Shown: positions 50,901 to 57,292 of the stretch, one piece after another | Numbering within the stretch: position 1 is the first letter of the stretch | How the letters are laid out: each line of letters starts with the position of its first letter | From: a virus | Taxonomy: Duplodnaviria; Caudoviricetes | IMG/VR virus record: IMGVR_UViG_3300026077_000001 | Length of the DNA: 64,000 nucleotides | Strand: one strand, 5' to 3' | Program-made: the position numbers and the translations under genes | Notes under the pieces: generated by a model | What the model was told of the DNA's origin: nothing | Seen by the model: only the letters and a program-made list of their open reading frames with translations | Database searches by the model: none

Positions 50901-51337
50901 TGGTAGCAGGTATAACTGGAAAACTTGATGCTTCTGCTGTTAGTGCTTTCGGTCTAACACTTGTTGATGATGCAGATGCTGCTACTGCCAGAACCACTCT
51001 TGGACTTGGCACTGCTGCTGTTGCTGCAACTGGTGACTTCGCTACTGCTGCACAGGGTACAACTGCTGACAACGCACTCGCTGCGTCTGCTGTAAGCACC
51101 TTCGGTGCCACTCTGATTGATGACACATCAGCATCTGCTGCAAGAACAACTCTTGGACTTGGATCTGCTGCTACCACTGCAAGCACTGCATATGCAACTG
51201 CTGCACAAGGTACTCAGGCAGGTACTAACGATACTGACATTGATTCAATTTACACTGAATTGAATGCTATTGGTAATGACGCTTCTATAACAACCGTCGC
51301 ACAACTTAAGGCTGCACTAGCCGCTCTCGCAAGATAA
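44996..51337 (+). CDS. Long fiber protein with Mtd_N-like N-terminus, in the wac/fibritin position (2113 aa)
   Basis: N-terminus RLQLRRD..QQW...NPILAQGELGIE.DT.RIKIGDG..PWN.L.Y; beta-strand TL.V.G repeats; directly precedes gp13. Confidence 0.75.
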   Translation: MANRLQLRRDGAQQWANINPILAQGELGIEIDTSRIKIGDGVTPWNSLRYERPLETESNAANTLVKRDADGNFQAGAVTATLIGNASTSTRLANARQIQLSGQVTGSGSFDGSQNLDLTTDLSLITTLPHYDPNNPNADALYTRVRVNSQGRVIGAELASTLANYGITDAQPLDDELSAIAGLTTLGLLTRTSVGNVQTRQLTGGAGRIIFTVPDGSTQNPFIDLADTQVVVGSYNVPSLTSIAGAGSNGEPYSTETVNATRIDVDRYGRITTLENLPIATATEGSKYASYDAATVYPRYSILEANSKVYQSIQEVAAGGGEPSHTSGTVGGWRFCNNTSVEQKGLASFAQEDFDVDANGHVTIAAMGVDNTQLQNNQIKFTDRTSVQTFELDNEHTAATAHNGLDYLNYIHINDSSGNLLFSANNTDNTNAGGVDINVDTNISGASIKLDRPGSSPLQTIERTAGSLKIHHNVNSATDRTLDIVSENAGAGTASINITADEDITISATNVANRVNIEGFQFQDDTLSSTAATMILDPGDDDTASGTLQVRGNLQVDGTTTTVNSTIVTIDDPIFVLGGDTAPGSDDSKDRGIEFSYYDTQARVGFFGWDEDYANANLWSGTGGFRFLFNATNTNEVFTGTDAALIAGNLSLTTNTGSTSTTTGTLVVTGGVGVSENVFVGGTTTISGQTEVNNNVIIKADNKEFAIQNNAGVDKFTVDTDNGNTVIEGTADIQLETTVTDNLFVQADAKEFAVKNASGSTQFVVDSDNGNTVTEGTLNVKQGVDFDTTLNVDGKTDLNANVEIDGVTTSHNDIIIDTTGKTLKLNNGSADRFVVSSTSGNTDIEGTLNVASLIHFESSDTPTITTDGSNNYVIGSTDYGALRVDGGGYVAGDVLFASDLYVNGTINERDLGATETFNTQNYLRVRYKFRTGVTSAKTPSFAQDNDSNFRSFGGAGIATDLHIGDNLYVGKKATTDNIEFRVNNVGNTEIGRNGAGTNAAGTLTVHGDATFNREVNITGSQTTIGDATGDALTVEATSQFNSPVTLAAGQDLNVGGSATVEGDLTVNGTTTTFNTTVTQLDDPVMTLGGDTAPVSDDNKDRGIEFRYYSGSAKIGFFGWDDSASRFAVYDNATNSSEVFSGTRSGIDAGSVKLFDTTNATTASSGALIVGGGAGIGLDLYVGDDLVVTDDGSFGGDVDITGTLDVTNDFAVNNNKFNVTAATGNTAVAGTLGVSGISTLSSSVNITGSGSNLTVSGTGTILGDFDINATKFTVAAATGNTVIDGTLDVDEATNVTSTLGVTGNITNTSTTQAGVTGTFANDGALRLSGGASITKNAAVGGILRVYGNSQLDGTLDVEGVTNFVEVVRANSTEDSVSASDNTASLYTAGGLAVTKKIWIGDDLDVGAGTFTVDGPTGNTAVSGTLNVTQASNFAGITASGVAALQSTLNLTGSLNINSTKFNVAAATGNVTTAGTLGVTNAVDFDSTLNVDGNADFNAGIDVTAGNATFAGLVQADNVTDSTGYTDASASISTDGGLSVAKKAYVGGDLSVGGAAGIKASITAASGNTDIKGTLNVDDAVTFGGTLGVTGQITGDVTGDLTGNADTATQVAVTNTNNNTLFYPAFMGANTGNTGVFTDSANLTYNPFSNTLSVTNFLSTTNFEVQGNMNITGTITYGQSQVGSIANHDTDDLTEGSTNLYYTDERVDDRVNNLFVAGAGLTKTYDDAANSYTLALDFSEYDTDDVTEGSSNLFTTAARTRTHFTYGTGIELSGGGQLSVTQADIDTDNVTEGSTNLFTTAARTRTHFTYGTGITHSSGTLSVTQSDIDTDNITEGSTNLFTTAARTRGHISVDGSLGYNSSTGVISYTTPTTIASLSNHDTDDVAEGSNLYYTDARADARIAAADTGDLTEGSNLYYTDARARAAISENSTQLAYNSTTGVLTYTQGDTDTVGEGSTNLYFTNARADARVVAGITGKLDASAVSAFGLTLVDDADAATARTTLGLGTAAVAATGDFATAAQGTTADNALAASAVSTFGATLIDDTSASAARTTLGLGSAATTASTAYATAAQGTQAGTNDTDIDSIYTELNAIGNDASITTVAQLKAALAALAR
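50050..50900 (+). repeat. Seven DTD..TEG(S).NL(Y/F).T..R repeats in the fiber C-terminal region
   Basis: DTDDLTEGSTNLYYT, DTDDVTEGSSNLFTT, DTDNVTEGSTNLFTT, DTDNITEGSTNLFTT, DTDDVAEGSNLYYT, DTGDLTEGSNLYYT, DTDTVGEGSTNLYFT. Confidence 0.9.
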
Positions 51338-51338
51338 A

Positions 51339-52157
51339 ATGGCACAACCTAATTCAAAAGCAACACTTAAAGAGTACGCTCTACGCAGACTCGGCAAACC
51401 TGTATTGGAAATCAACGTATCAGATGATCAGGTTGATGATGCATTGGATTATACTCTTGAGAAATTTCAGGAGTACCATTACGGTGGATCTGAAAAGGTT
51501 TTTATGAAGCACCAGTTTACTGCTGAGGATCTAACAAGGTTCCAAGCAGATAGTGAAGAGACTGGTACTGATACATTACAAGCTGGTGATACTGGTACTG
51601 TATTTAAAATGCAGAAGAATTATCTACCAATGCCTGATCATATCAGAGCTGTGAATGGTATCTTTACCTTCCAAGATAAGGGTACTGCCAATATGTTTGA
51701 TATTAGATATCAGTTGCGTTTGAATGATCTGTTTGATTTTACATCAACACAGTTTCATCATTACTATATGATTCAGACACACCTTCAAACTATTAACTTC
51801 TTACTAGAAGGAATGAAACCTACTAGGTTTAATGCCTCTAACGGAAAACTTTGGATTGACTTTGACACATTAACTGATGTCAGAGAAGGTGAGTATGTTG
51901 TTATGGAATGTGTTAGTGCTATAGATGCTGCTAACTGGACAAAAATTTATAATACTATGTGGGTCAAAGATTATGCAACTTCTTTGATCAAGAAGCAGTG
52001 GGGACAGAATATGTCTAAATTCCAGAACGTCCAACTTCCTGGTGGAGTTACTCTTAATGGTGAGAAGATTTATTCTGATGCTATTGAAGAGATTGAAAAA
52101 CTGGAAGAACAGTTGAGACTTACTTATGAAGAACCACCTATGGATATGATAGGATAA
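51339..52157 (+). CDS. gp13: Neck protein gp13
   Basis: LKEYALRRLGKPVLEINV..DQ.DD; WVKDYATSLIKKQWGQN.SKF..VQLPGGVTLNG. Confidence 0.92.
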   Translation: MAQPNSKATLKEYALRRLGKPVLEINVSDDQVDDALDYTLEKFQEYHYGGSEKVFMKHQFTAEDLTRFQADSEETGTDTLQAGDTGTVFKMQKNYLPMPDHIRAVNGIFTFQDKGTANMFDIRYQLRLNDLFDFTSTQFHHYYMIQTHLQTINFLLEGMKPTRFNASNGKLWIDFDTLTDVREGEYVVMECVSAIDAANWTKIYNTMWVKDYATSLIKKQWGQNMSKFQNVQLPGGVTLNGEKIYSDAIEEIEKLEEQLRLTYEEPPMDMIG

Positions 52158-53023
52158 TGCCTACTAATTCTTACTTCACACACGGAACCTCTGGGGAACA
52201 GAACCTAGTTGGTGAACTTGTAAAAGAACAAATTAAGATGTTTGGTACGGATGTTTATTACATCCCACGTGTCATAGTTGATGAAGATCCTACCTTCGGT
52301 GAGGATTCTTTATCTAAGTTTGATGATGCTTATTTGATAGAAGCATACTTAGAGAACGTTCAAGGATTTGGTGGAGATGGAGATCTATACAGTAAGTTTG
52401 GTGTAAGGATATCTGATCAAGTTAATTTTGTTATCTCACGAGATAGGTTCACAGAACTAGTTGATGATAATACAACACTCATTGTAGAGGGTAGACCTAA
52501 TGAAGGAGACTTGGTTTACTTCCCTCTAGCAAGCAAGTTATTTCAAATACAATACGTAGAGTACGAAACACCTTTCTTCCAGTTAGGTAAAATCCATACT
52601 TGGGGTCTGAAGTGTGAACTATATGAGTACAGCGACGAGGACTTCGATACAGGTGTTGATGCTATCGATAAAGTGGAGAGGAACTTTGCTACTACAATTA
52701 CTCTTAACTTTTCTACAGGTGGTACAGGAACCTTTACTGTTGGTGAAACAATTGCAGGTGGTACATCTAACGTAACTGCTGAAGTTAAGTCTTGGGATGC
52801 AACCAACAGACAACTTCAGATATACAATAGATCGGGTATCTTTACAATACCAGAAACCTGTACTGGACAGACATCTGGAGCAGCGTGGACAACTGCTAGT
52901 TATAATACCCTAAATAATACTAACTCTGAGTTCGATCAGAACCAGTTCTTTGAGACTCAAGCTGATGGAATACTTGACTTTAGTCAAGGTAATCCATTCG
53001 GTGAATTTGGACAGGCAGACTAA
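52157..53023 (+). CDS. gp14: Neck protein gp14
   Basis: EQNLV.ELV.EQIKMFG.DVYYIPR; RPNEGDLVYFP; PFFQLGK...LKCELYEYS. Confidence 0.92.
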   Translation: MPTNSYFTHGTSGEQNLVGELVKEQIKMFGTDVYYIPRVIVDEDPTFGEDSLSKFDDAYLIEAYLENVQGFGGDGDLYSKFGVRISDQVNFVISRDRFTELVDDNTTLIVEGRPNEGDLVYFPLASKLFQIQYVEYETPFFQLGKIHTWGLKCELYEYSDEDFDTGVDAIDKVERNFATTITLNFSTGGTGTFTVGETIAGGTSNVTAEVKSWDATNRQLQIYNRSGIFTIPETCTGQTSGAAWTTASYNTLNNTNSEFDQNQFFETQADGILDFSQGNPFGEFGQAD

Positions 53024-53823
53024 TGTTAGGAACTTACTCATACAACGAAATCTTCAGGAAGACTGTTATAGCCTTTGGTACTATCTTCAATAATATTGAA
53101 CTGAAACGTACTGCTGGATCTAAAACAGAAGTGATGAAGGTACCTTTGGCATATGGTCCAAAGGATAAATTCCTGGCTCGTTTAGCACAGTCAGCTACTG
53201 CTGATAACAAACAAGTTCAAATTACTTTACCTCGTATATCATTTGAGATCAGTGGATTCTCATACGATAGTTCAAGGAAGGTATCACCAACTCAAGTCAT
53301 TAGACACGTAGGTACAGACGATAAAACTCGTAGAGCATTTATGCCAGTACCATACAATGTTGATTTTGAGTTAGCAATATTATCAAAGAATCAGGATGAT
53401 GGACTTCAGATCCTTGAACAGATCCTTCCTATATTTCAACCAATGTTTAACATCACTATTAACTTAGTTGATGCTATTGGTGAGAAGAAGGACTTCCCAA
53501 TATCTCTTAACTCAGTTAGTTACGAGGATGATTATGAAGGTGATTACACAACACGTAGAACATTAATCTATACGTTGTCATTTACCGCTAAGACTTATCT
53601 ATATGGTCCTGTCACTGACACGACTGATAAGTTAATCAAGAAGTCTATTGTTGACACCCATCTTAAGGTTGATACAACGGCTGCTCGTGAAGTTAGATAC
53701 ACAGTCACACCAGATCCTATTACTGCTGAGGCTGATGATAACTTCGGATTTAATGAAATTTACAGTGAGTTCACAGATGCAAAAGCCAGAGATCCCGTCA
53801 CAGGAACCGATGTCGATGTATAA
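53023..53823 (+). CDS. gp15: Tail sheath stabilizer / tail terminator gp15
   Basis: IFRKTVIAFGT.FNNI; VPLAYGPK.KFLAR; LPRISFEI; QILEQILP.FQP. Confidence 0.92.
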   Translation: MLGTYSYNEIFRKTVIAFGTIFNNIELKRTAGSKTEVMKVPLAYGPKDKFLARLAQSATADNKQVQITLPRISFEISGFSYDSSRKVSPTQVIRHVGTDDKTRRAFMPVPYNVDFELAILSKNQDDGLQILEQILPIFQPMFNITINLVDAIGEKKDFPISLNSVSYEDDYEGDYTTRRTLIYTLSFTAKTYLYGPVTDTTDKLIKKSIVDTHLKVDTTAAREVRYTVTPDPITAEADDNFGFNEIYSEFTDAKARDPVTGTDVDV

Positions 53824-54211
53824 TGGCATTGAGGATGCCCTCGATGTTGAAACAGCAATCGTACCTAAAGAGAAAACAGAAGTCGTTAAACCTGCTATGT
53901 TTGAGCAGATTACTAAGGACTATGAGTATACTCGTGGAAACTTATATTCACTTATTGAGAAGGGACAAGAGGCTGTTGACGGTATATTAGAACTTGCTCA
54001 GGAATCAGATAGTCCTAGAGCATATGAAGTTGCTGGTAATATGATTAAGAATATAGCAGACACCACAGACAAGTTAATGGATCTGCAAAAGAAATTGCAA
54101 GAAGTAGAAGAAGGTCCAGCGAACCCTCAGAAGAACGTTACTAACAATACTATGTTTGTTGGTTCTACTGCTGATCTTGCTAAATTCCTGAAGTCGCAAC
54201 AGGATAAATAG
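53810..54211 (+). CDS. gp16: Terminase small subunit gp16
   Basis: DYEYTRGNLYSLIEKGQEAVDGIL..A..SDSPRAYEV; NNTMFVGSTADL. The start is ATG 53810 or 53816 after AGGA, not 53648. Confidence 0.85.
   Translation: MSMYNGIEDALDVETAIVPKEKTEVVKPAMFEQITKDYEYTRGNLYSLIEKGQEAVDGILELAQESDSPRAYEVAGNMIKNIADTTDKLMDLQKKLQEVEEGPANPQKNVTNNTMFVGSTADLAKFLKSQQDK
54204..54210 (+). promoter_or_regulatory. Late promoter motif (ATAAATA)
   Basis: Overlaps the gp16 stop; 26 nt before the next ATG. Confidence 0.65.
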
Positions 54212-54235
54212 TCTAGTAAAAGGAATCAAGTCACA

Positions 54236-54775
54236 ATGTCAGTCTTAAATGTATTAGATACTCAGACAGTGAGTGGTTCAGGAACTGCATACATTGTGGT
54301 CAAGTCTGGTGTAGTTCGTGCTTACGCTGCATCTGCATCTTCAATACAATTCGATGCTGGTCCTGCTGTAACTCTCGCTGCTGGAGAAGCAATTCTCCTC
54401 TCCGTTGGAAAGTCAAAGAACGTATCAATAACTGGTGCTTCAGATGCTGCTACCTGTGTATTCACAGTTGGTGGTGTAGGTGCTGGTCAACGTCATAACT
54501 TTGCAGTAGGAGATTACATTCAAACTATAGATGGTGGTGACACCGATGGATTTGTTGCAGCATTTGAAACTGCTGCTTCTGCTGGAAAGAAAGTCACTGC
54601 TGTTACAAACACCACAGTAACAACTGATTATGATTCATCTTCTGCTTCTGCAGCATATGCAATCAGTGAAGCAGATGTTATTGCAAACAACGTTCCTCAA
54701 CTTCAAAGAACAGTGAAACTCACTGCAGGATCTGCTGATGTTGTAGTTGAGCAAGTACAAATTGTTGGTGGCTAA
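54236..54775 (+). CDS. Hypothetical beta-rich protein, probably structural (179 aa)
   Basis: Late promoter upstream; Ala/Val/Thr/Gly-rich composition like the virion proteins in this window. Confidence 0.7.
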   Translation: MSVLNVLDTQTVSGSGTAYIVVKSGVVRAYAASASSIQFDAGPAVTLAAGEAILLSVGKSKNVSITGASDAATCVFTVGGVGAGQRHNFAVGDYIQTIDGGDTDGFVAAFETAASAGKKVTAVTNTTVTTDYDSSSASAAYAISEADVIANNVPQLQRTVKLTAGSADVVVEQVQIVGG

Positions 54776-55431
54776 TGGAAACTACTGGTCAAACCGATCC
54801 TGTATTAAAGAAGAAAAAGCAGTTGTTAGATAAGAAGCAACTACAGTTAAATCTTCGTAAGATACAACTTCAACGCAAAACAGTTCAAGCTGGAGGTGAA
54901 ACCGATATGCGTACAGAGAAACGTGTAATGTCCTTTAAGCAGTTCATAGCTGAAGGTGGATTGGCACGTGCTATCAGTAAATCTAATACAAAGGTTACTG
55001 GACACATCAGTGCTGACAGGGGTTCTGACGAAAAGAAGAACCGTGAGAAGCGTAAAGGATTAGAGAAAGACCTTAAGAAGAAGGGTATTGGATATAAGAA
55101 GGGAGTGGGACAGTACAAGTATGACGATGGGAAAACTGGCACAGAGGTGTCCTACCATACGTCAAAACCTGATAAAATGTCTAAGCGACGCTTTGGTAAG
55201 CTAAGTCGTAGGCTCGGTCGTAAACACGGTCAAGAGTCTGTTATTACAAAAGATAAAGACAAATCTGCCAAATTACATTATACTGATAAGAGTGGTAAGA
55301 AATCCGAGTCTCTCGGTAAGACAAAAGCTGGTAAGCATCCTGGTGGATATGGTGAAACATCTTCTACCAACGTGCGATCTGGTAAACTACCCAAAAAGGT
55401 CAAAGACCAAAAACTACACTATGACAAATAA
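54775..55431 (+). CDS. Very Lys-rich protein, possible internal head protein
   Basis: 218 aa; internal MSFKQFIAE motif followed by a basic domain. Confidence 0.7.
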   Translation: METTGQTDPVLKKKKQLLDKKQLQLNLRKIQLQRKTVQAGGETDMRTEKRVMSFKQFIAEGGLARAISKSNTKVTGHISADRGSDEKKNREKRKGLEKDLKKKGIGYKKGVGQYKYDDGKTGTEVSYHTSKPDKMSKRRFGKLSRRLGRKHGQESVITKDKDKSAKLHYTDKSGKKSESLGKTKAGKHPGGYGETSSTNVRSGKLPKKVKDQKLHYDK

Positions 55432-55645
55432 AGATTACGATGATTCCAACTGGCGAGAGGAAATGCAATCCTACGCTAGTGGACCTGAGTTAACACTCTT
55501 GATAGATGGACCTAAAAGCCTTGCACAGTCTTGGCATATGGGTGCATTGTATAACAAATGGAAAAAAATGAAGGGTTATAAAGACCCTGAACCACCAGAC
55601 TGTCAATCATCTTTTAAGGAGTGGAACGATGGAGTTAAAATGTAA
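55421..55645 (+). CDS. Small hypothetical protein (74 aa)
   Basis: MTNKDYDDSNWREE...GPKSLAQSW..GALYNKWKK; ATG 55421 overlaps the upstream gene end and is preferred over 55292. Confidence 0.7.
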   Translation: MTNKDYDDSNWREEMQSYASGPELTLLIDGPKSLAQSWHMGALYNKWKKMKGYKDPEPPDCQSSFKEWNDGVKM

Positions 55646-55769
55646 ATACTGTGGACTTATTGTTCCTAGTACAAAACCTAATCCTCAAAAGTGGTTACAA
55701 AAGCACGAGATGAATTGTGCTCGTAACCCTAATAACAATAAAAGAAACGGACCTATAGGAACAGAGTAA
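55629..55769 (+). CDS. 46-aa C2HC zinc-finger microprotein (not in ORF track)
   Basis: Hand translation: MELKCKYCGLIVPSTKPNPQKWLQKHEMNCARNPNNNKRNGPIGTE; stop overlaps the next ATG (TAATG). Confidence 0.7.
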   Translation: MELKCKYCGLIVPSTKPNPQKWLQKHEMNCARNPNNNKRNGPIGTE

Positions 55770-55918
55770 TGAACAAAGTAAAGGAGATCGCAGTCAAGAT
55801 TAAGGACTGGGATAAAGCACTTGCTAAAAAAATTCAAACCAAATTTAATTTGACTGATTACCAGATGTTATGCCTTGCTTTTGGTAAGGGTTTCATCATA
55901 GGTGCTATTCTTCTGTAG
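55769..55918 (+). CDS. 49-aa protein with hydrophobic C-terminus (not in ORF track)
   Basis: Hand translation: MNKVKEIAVKIKDWDKALAKKIQTKFNLTDYQMLCLAFGKGFIIGAILL. Confidence 0.7.
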   Translation: MNKVKEIAVKIKDWDKALAKKIQTKFNLTDYQMLCLAFGKGFIIGAILL

Positions 55919-55927
55919 CACTATGAA

Positions 55928-55934
55928 CTAAATA
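55928..55934 (+). promoter_or_regulatory. Late promoter motif (CTAAATA)
   Basis: Intergenic, 10 nt before ATG 55944. Confidence 0.5.
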
Positions 55935-55943
55935 TTCTTTATT

Positions 55944-56258
55944 ATGAGTCCAGACAAAAATCCAGAAAGGTTCTATAACAAGGAACAAGTCGATATGCTC
56001 ATCCAAGCTGCTGTTGCTGAAGCACACGAAATGGATGAAGCTATTATGGCAAAGCATAACCGAGAAGCAACTATCATTAGTATGATTCTCGGTTTTACTT
56101 GTCTTGCACTATTCATTGATGGTCTATTAAGGATCCTTGGTATCATCCCACCCTTTATGGATTTGGATGTTAACGTCATTGATGATATAATAGAGAAAGT
56201 TGAACAAGACATTTTACCCATAGTTCAACAAGCTAAAGGGTACATACCAAAAATTTGA
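55944..56258 (+). CDS. Predicted membrane protein (104 aa)
   Basis: Hydrophobic segment IISMILGFTCLALFIDGLLRILGIIPPF. Confidence 0.7.
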   Translation: MSPDKNPERFYNKEQVDMLIQAAVAEAHEMDEAIMAKHNREATIISMILGFTCLALFIDGLLRILGIIPPFMDLDVNVIDDIIEKVEQDILPIVQQAKGYIPKI

Positions 56259-56260
56259 TT

Positions 56261-56473
56261 ATGACTTATCAATCACCACCACCTTCTTGGGATAAAAAGA
56301 GAAACCAAGTGAAGAGTAAATTCTATTACATATTCTGGGGTATAGCTACCTTCTCTGTTGTAGCAGGTCAATTGTATGTTGGATCTGGATATAGAGACTA
56401 TGCTAAATCACTCAATAGGTTGTTCGATACTATAGAATTAGAGGTTACAACACCTGGTCCTAGATTCTATTAA
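56261..56473 (+). CDS. Small predicted membrane protein (70 aa)
   Basis: FYYIFWGIATFSVVAGQLYVG segment; ATG 56261 preferred over TTG 56255. Confidence 0.7.
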   Translation: MTYQSPPPSWDKKRNQVKSKFYYIFWGIATFSVVAGQLYVGSGYRDYAKSLNRLFDTIELEVTTPGPRFY

Positions 56474-56480
56474 GAGAATC

Positions 56481-56495
56481 TTAAATAGGTAAATA
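56481..56495 (+). promoter_or_regulatory. Tandem late promoter motifs (TTAAATA, GTAAATA)
   Basis: Two TAAATA hexamers in the gap before the next ORF. Confidence 0.5.
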
Positions 56496-56504
56496 ACTAT
56501 ATCG

Positions 56505-56726
56505 GTGCCTACTATGGCGTTCGAAGAAGTAAAATCATTATACGAACTTACTGAAGAGAACTACAAACTCCAAGATATGATTCAAATCTACCAAGAAGAG
56601 ATCGTAAAACTTGAACAAGAGAAGGACGTACTCAAAGCAGAAGTTGTTTTTTTGCGTCAACAACTTGAATACAAGACTTTAGGTCCACCAATACATTCAC
56701 AAGACATTAAAAAAGACCCTAGATAG
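56505..56726 (+). CDS. Small coiled-coil protein
   Basis: Heptad-rich; start is GTG 56505 or ATG 56514. Confidence 0.65.
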   Translation: MPTMAFEEVKSLYELTEENYKLQDMIQIYQEEIVKLEQEKDVLKAEVVFLRQQLEYKTLGPPIHSQDIKKDPR

Positions 56727-56740
56727 GGTCTTTTATTTTG
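56711..56740. terminator. Bidirectional rho-independent terminator
   Basis: AAAAGACCCT-AGAT-AGGGTCTTTT with A- and T-tracts on both sides, between convergent ORFs. Confidence 0.85.
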
Positions 56741-56757
56741 TAAATTTTTAAAGAGAT

Positions 56758-56913
56758 CTATGCAAGGACTTCCCTGCAGATACGTTTACAGCTAGCGTGT
56801 TCATCCTCACACTCAATCAAACAGTCAAAGTAGTCGTCTATATTCTCCTGGGTTGAGTTTTCTCTGTGATTCCATTCTGCCATTTGATTAAAATTAAGGA
56901 TACTGTGTGACAT
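56758..56913 (-). CDS. 51-aa four-cysteine microprotein; the only credible minus-strand gene
   Basis: MSHSILNFNQMAEWNHRENSTQENIDDYFDCLIECEDEHASCKRICREVLA; GGAG RBS 6 nt upstream of ATG 56913; ends at the bidirectional terminator. Confidence 0.75.
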   Translation of the reverse strand: MSHSILNFNQMAEWNHRENSTQENIDDYFDCLIECEDEHASCKRICREVLA

Positions 56914-56943
56914 TTTTGACTCCAAACTGGACAACATAACAAA

Positions 56944-56957
56944 GTAACTTTGGTTAC
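56944..56957. promoter_or_regulatory. NtcA-type box GTA-N8-TAC (proximal)
   Basis: GTA-ACTTTGGT-TAC, 30 nt upstream of the minus-strand gene start. Confidence 0.5.
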
Positions 56958-56982
56958 ATCTTGTTCTCTCCAAGTCTACCAT

Positions 56983-56989
56983 TATTTAG
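56983..56989 (-). promoter_or_regulatory. Late promoter motif (CTAAATA) on the minus strand
   Basis: Reverse complement of tatttag; lies between the two GTA-N8-TAC boxes and faces the 4-Cys gene. Confidence 0.5.
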
Positions 56990-57001
56990 ACAAAAAGTGT
57001 C

Positions 57002-57017
57002 TGTATTTACTGATACA
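57002..57017. promoter_or_regulatory. NtcA-type box TGTA-N8-TACA (distal)
   Basis: TGTA-TTTACTGA-TACA, the full extended consensus. On the minus strand TGGTAGACT (extended -10-like) follows with TAGACT 24 nt downstream. Confidence 0.55.
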
Positions 57018-57042
57018 ATTTAATAAAAATTTATGCCTACGA

Positions 57043-57049
57043 ATAAATA
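57043..57049 (+). promoter_or_regulatory. Late promoter motif (ATAAATA)
   Basis: Upstream of the 57072 micro-ORF, nuclease and gp17 run. Confidence 0.6.
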
Positions 57050-57071
57050 CCTACACACTGCATAGGTTCGT

Positions 57072-57155
57072 ATGGTCTGGGTTATCCGTCTATACGTATG
57101 GACGGCTATTTTTATTGGCTTAATAAATCTTTCAACCTTCGCATATATAGAATGA
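57072..57155 (+). CDS. 27-aa hydrophobic micropeptide (not in ORF track)
   Basis: Hand translation: MVWVIRLYVWTAIFIGLINLSTFAYIE; stop overlaps the next start (ATGA). Confidence 0.5.
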   Translation: MVWVIRLYVWTAIFIGLINLSTFAYIE

Positions 57156-57292
57156 TCGTCTGGTCAGTAATTTGGATGGTTGGAATCCTTATCGTAGCGG
57201 TAGGGGTGGTTCTCGTATACATATTTCAGTACGATAATTGGTATCCTAATTATGGGCAAGATGACACCACCAAGCAGAAAGAGCTGCTATAA
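57152..57292 (+). CDS. 46-aa single-TM protein
   Basis: MIVWSVIWMVGILIVAVGVVLVYIFQYDNWYP...; ATG 57152 preferred over 57098. Confidence 0.6.
   Translation: MIVWSVIWMVGILIVAVGVVLVYIFQYDNWYPNYGQDDTTKQKELL

Noticed and set aside
46400-51200. Many 60-145 aa antisense and alternate-frame ORFs inside large genes (also throughout the window)
   Set aside because: These are shadow ORFs from codon bias in Thr/Gly/Val/Ala-rich genes, with no RBS, promoter or motif support. 63057..63299 is likewise a shadow of gp20.
44996-51337. Diversity-generating retroelement, suggested by the Mtd_N-like domain and repeats
   Set aside because: Mtd_N is only an attachment domain. There is no reverse transcriptase in the window, and the repeats differ at synonymous positions rather than specifically at adenines.
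53648-53809. N-terminal extension of gp16 given by the ORF track
   Set aside because: It overlaps gp15 by 176 nt in another frame; an RBS-backed ATG exists at 53810/53816.
56906-56921. CRP-like TGTGA-N6-TGACT site
   Set aside because: The second half-site matches only 3 of 5 positions and the motif overlaps the start codon; likely chance.
56758-56982. 4-Cys protein as CP12, and the longer 74-aa version from the ORF track
   Set aside because: It lacks the CP12 AWD.VEEL core. The RBS supports ATG 56913, and the extension runs through the regulatory region.
57086-57114. Hairpin CCGTCTAT-ACGT-ATGGACGG plus T-tract, read as a terminator of a ~65-nt sRNA from the 57043 promoter
   Set aside because: It lies inside the coupled 27-aa ORF and would cut off transcription toward gp17. 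Better explained as coding sequence, though an attenuator is not excluded.
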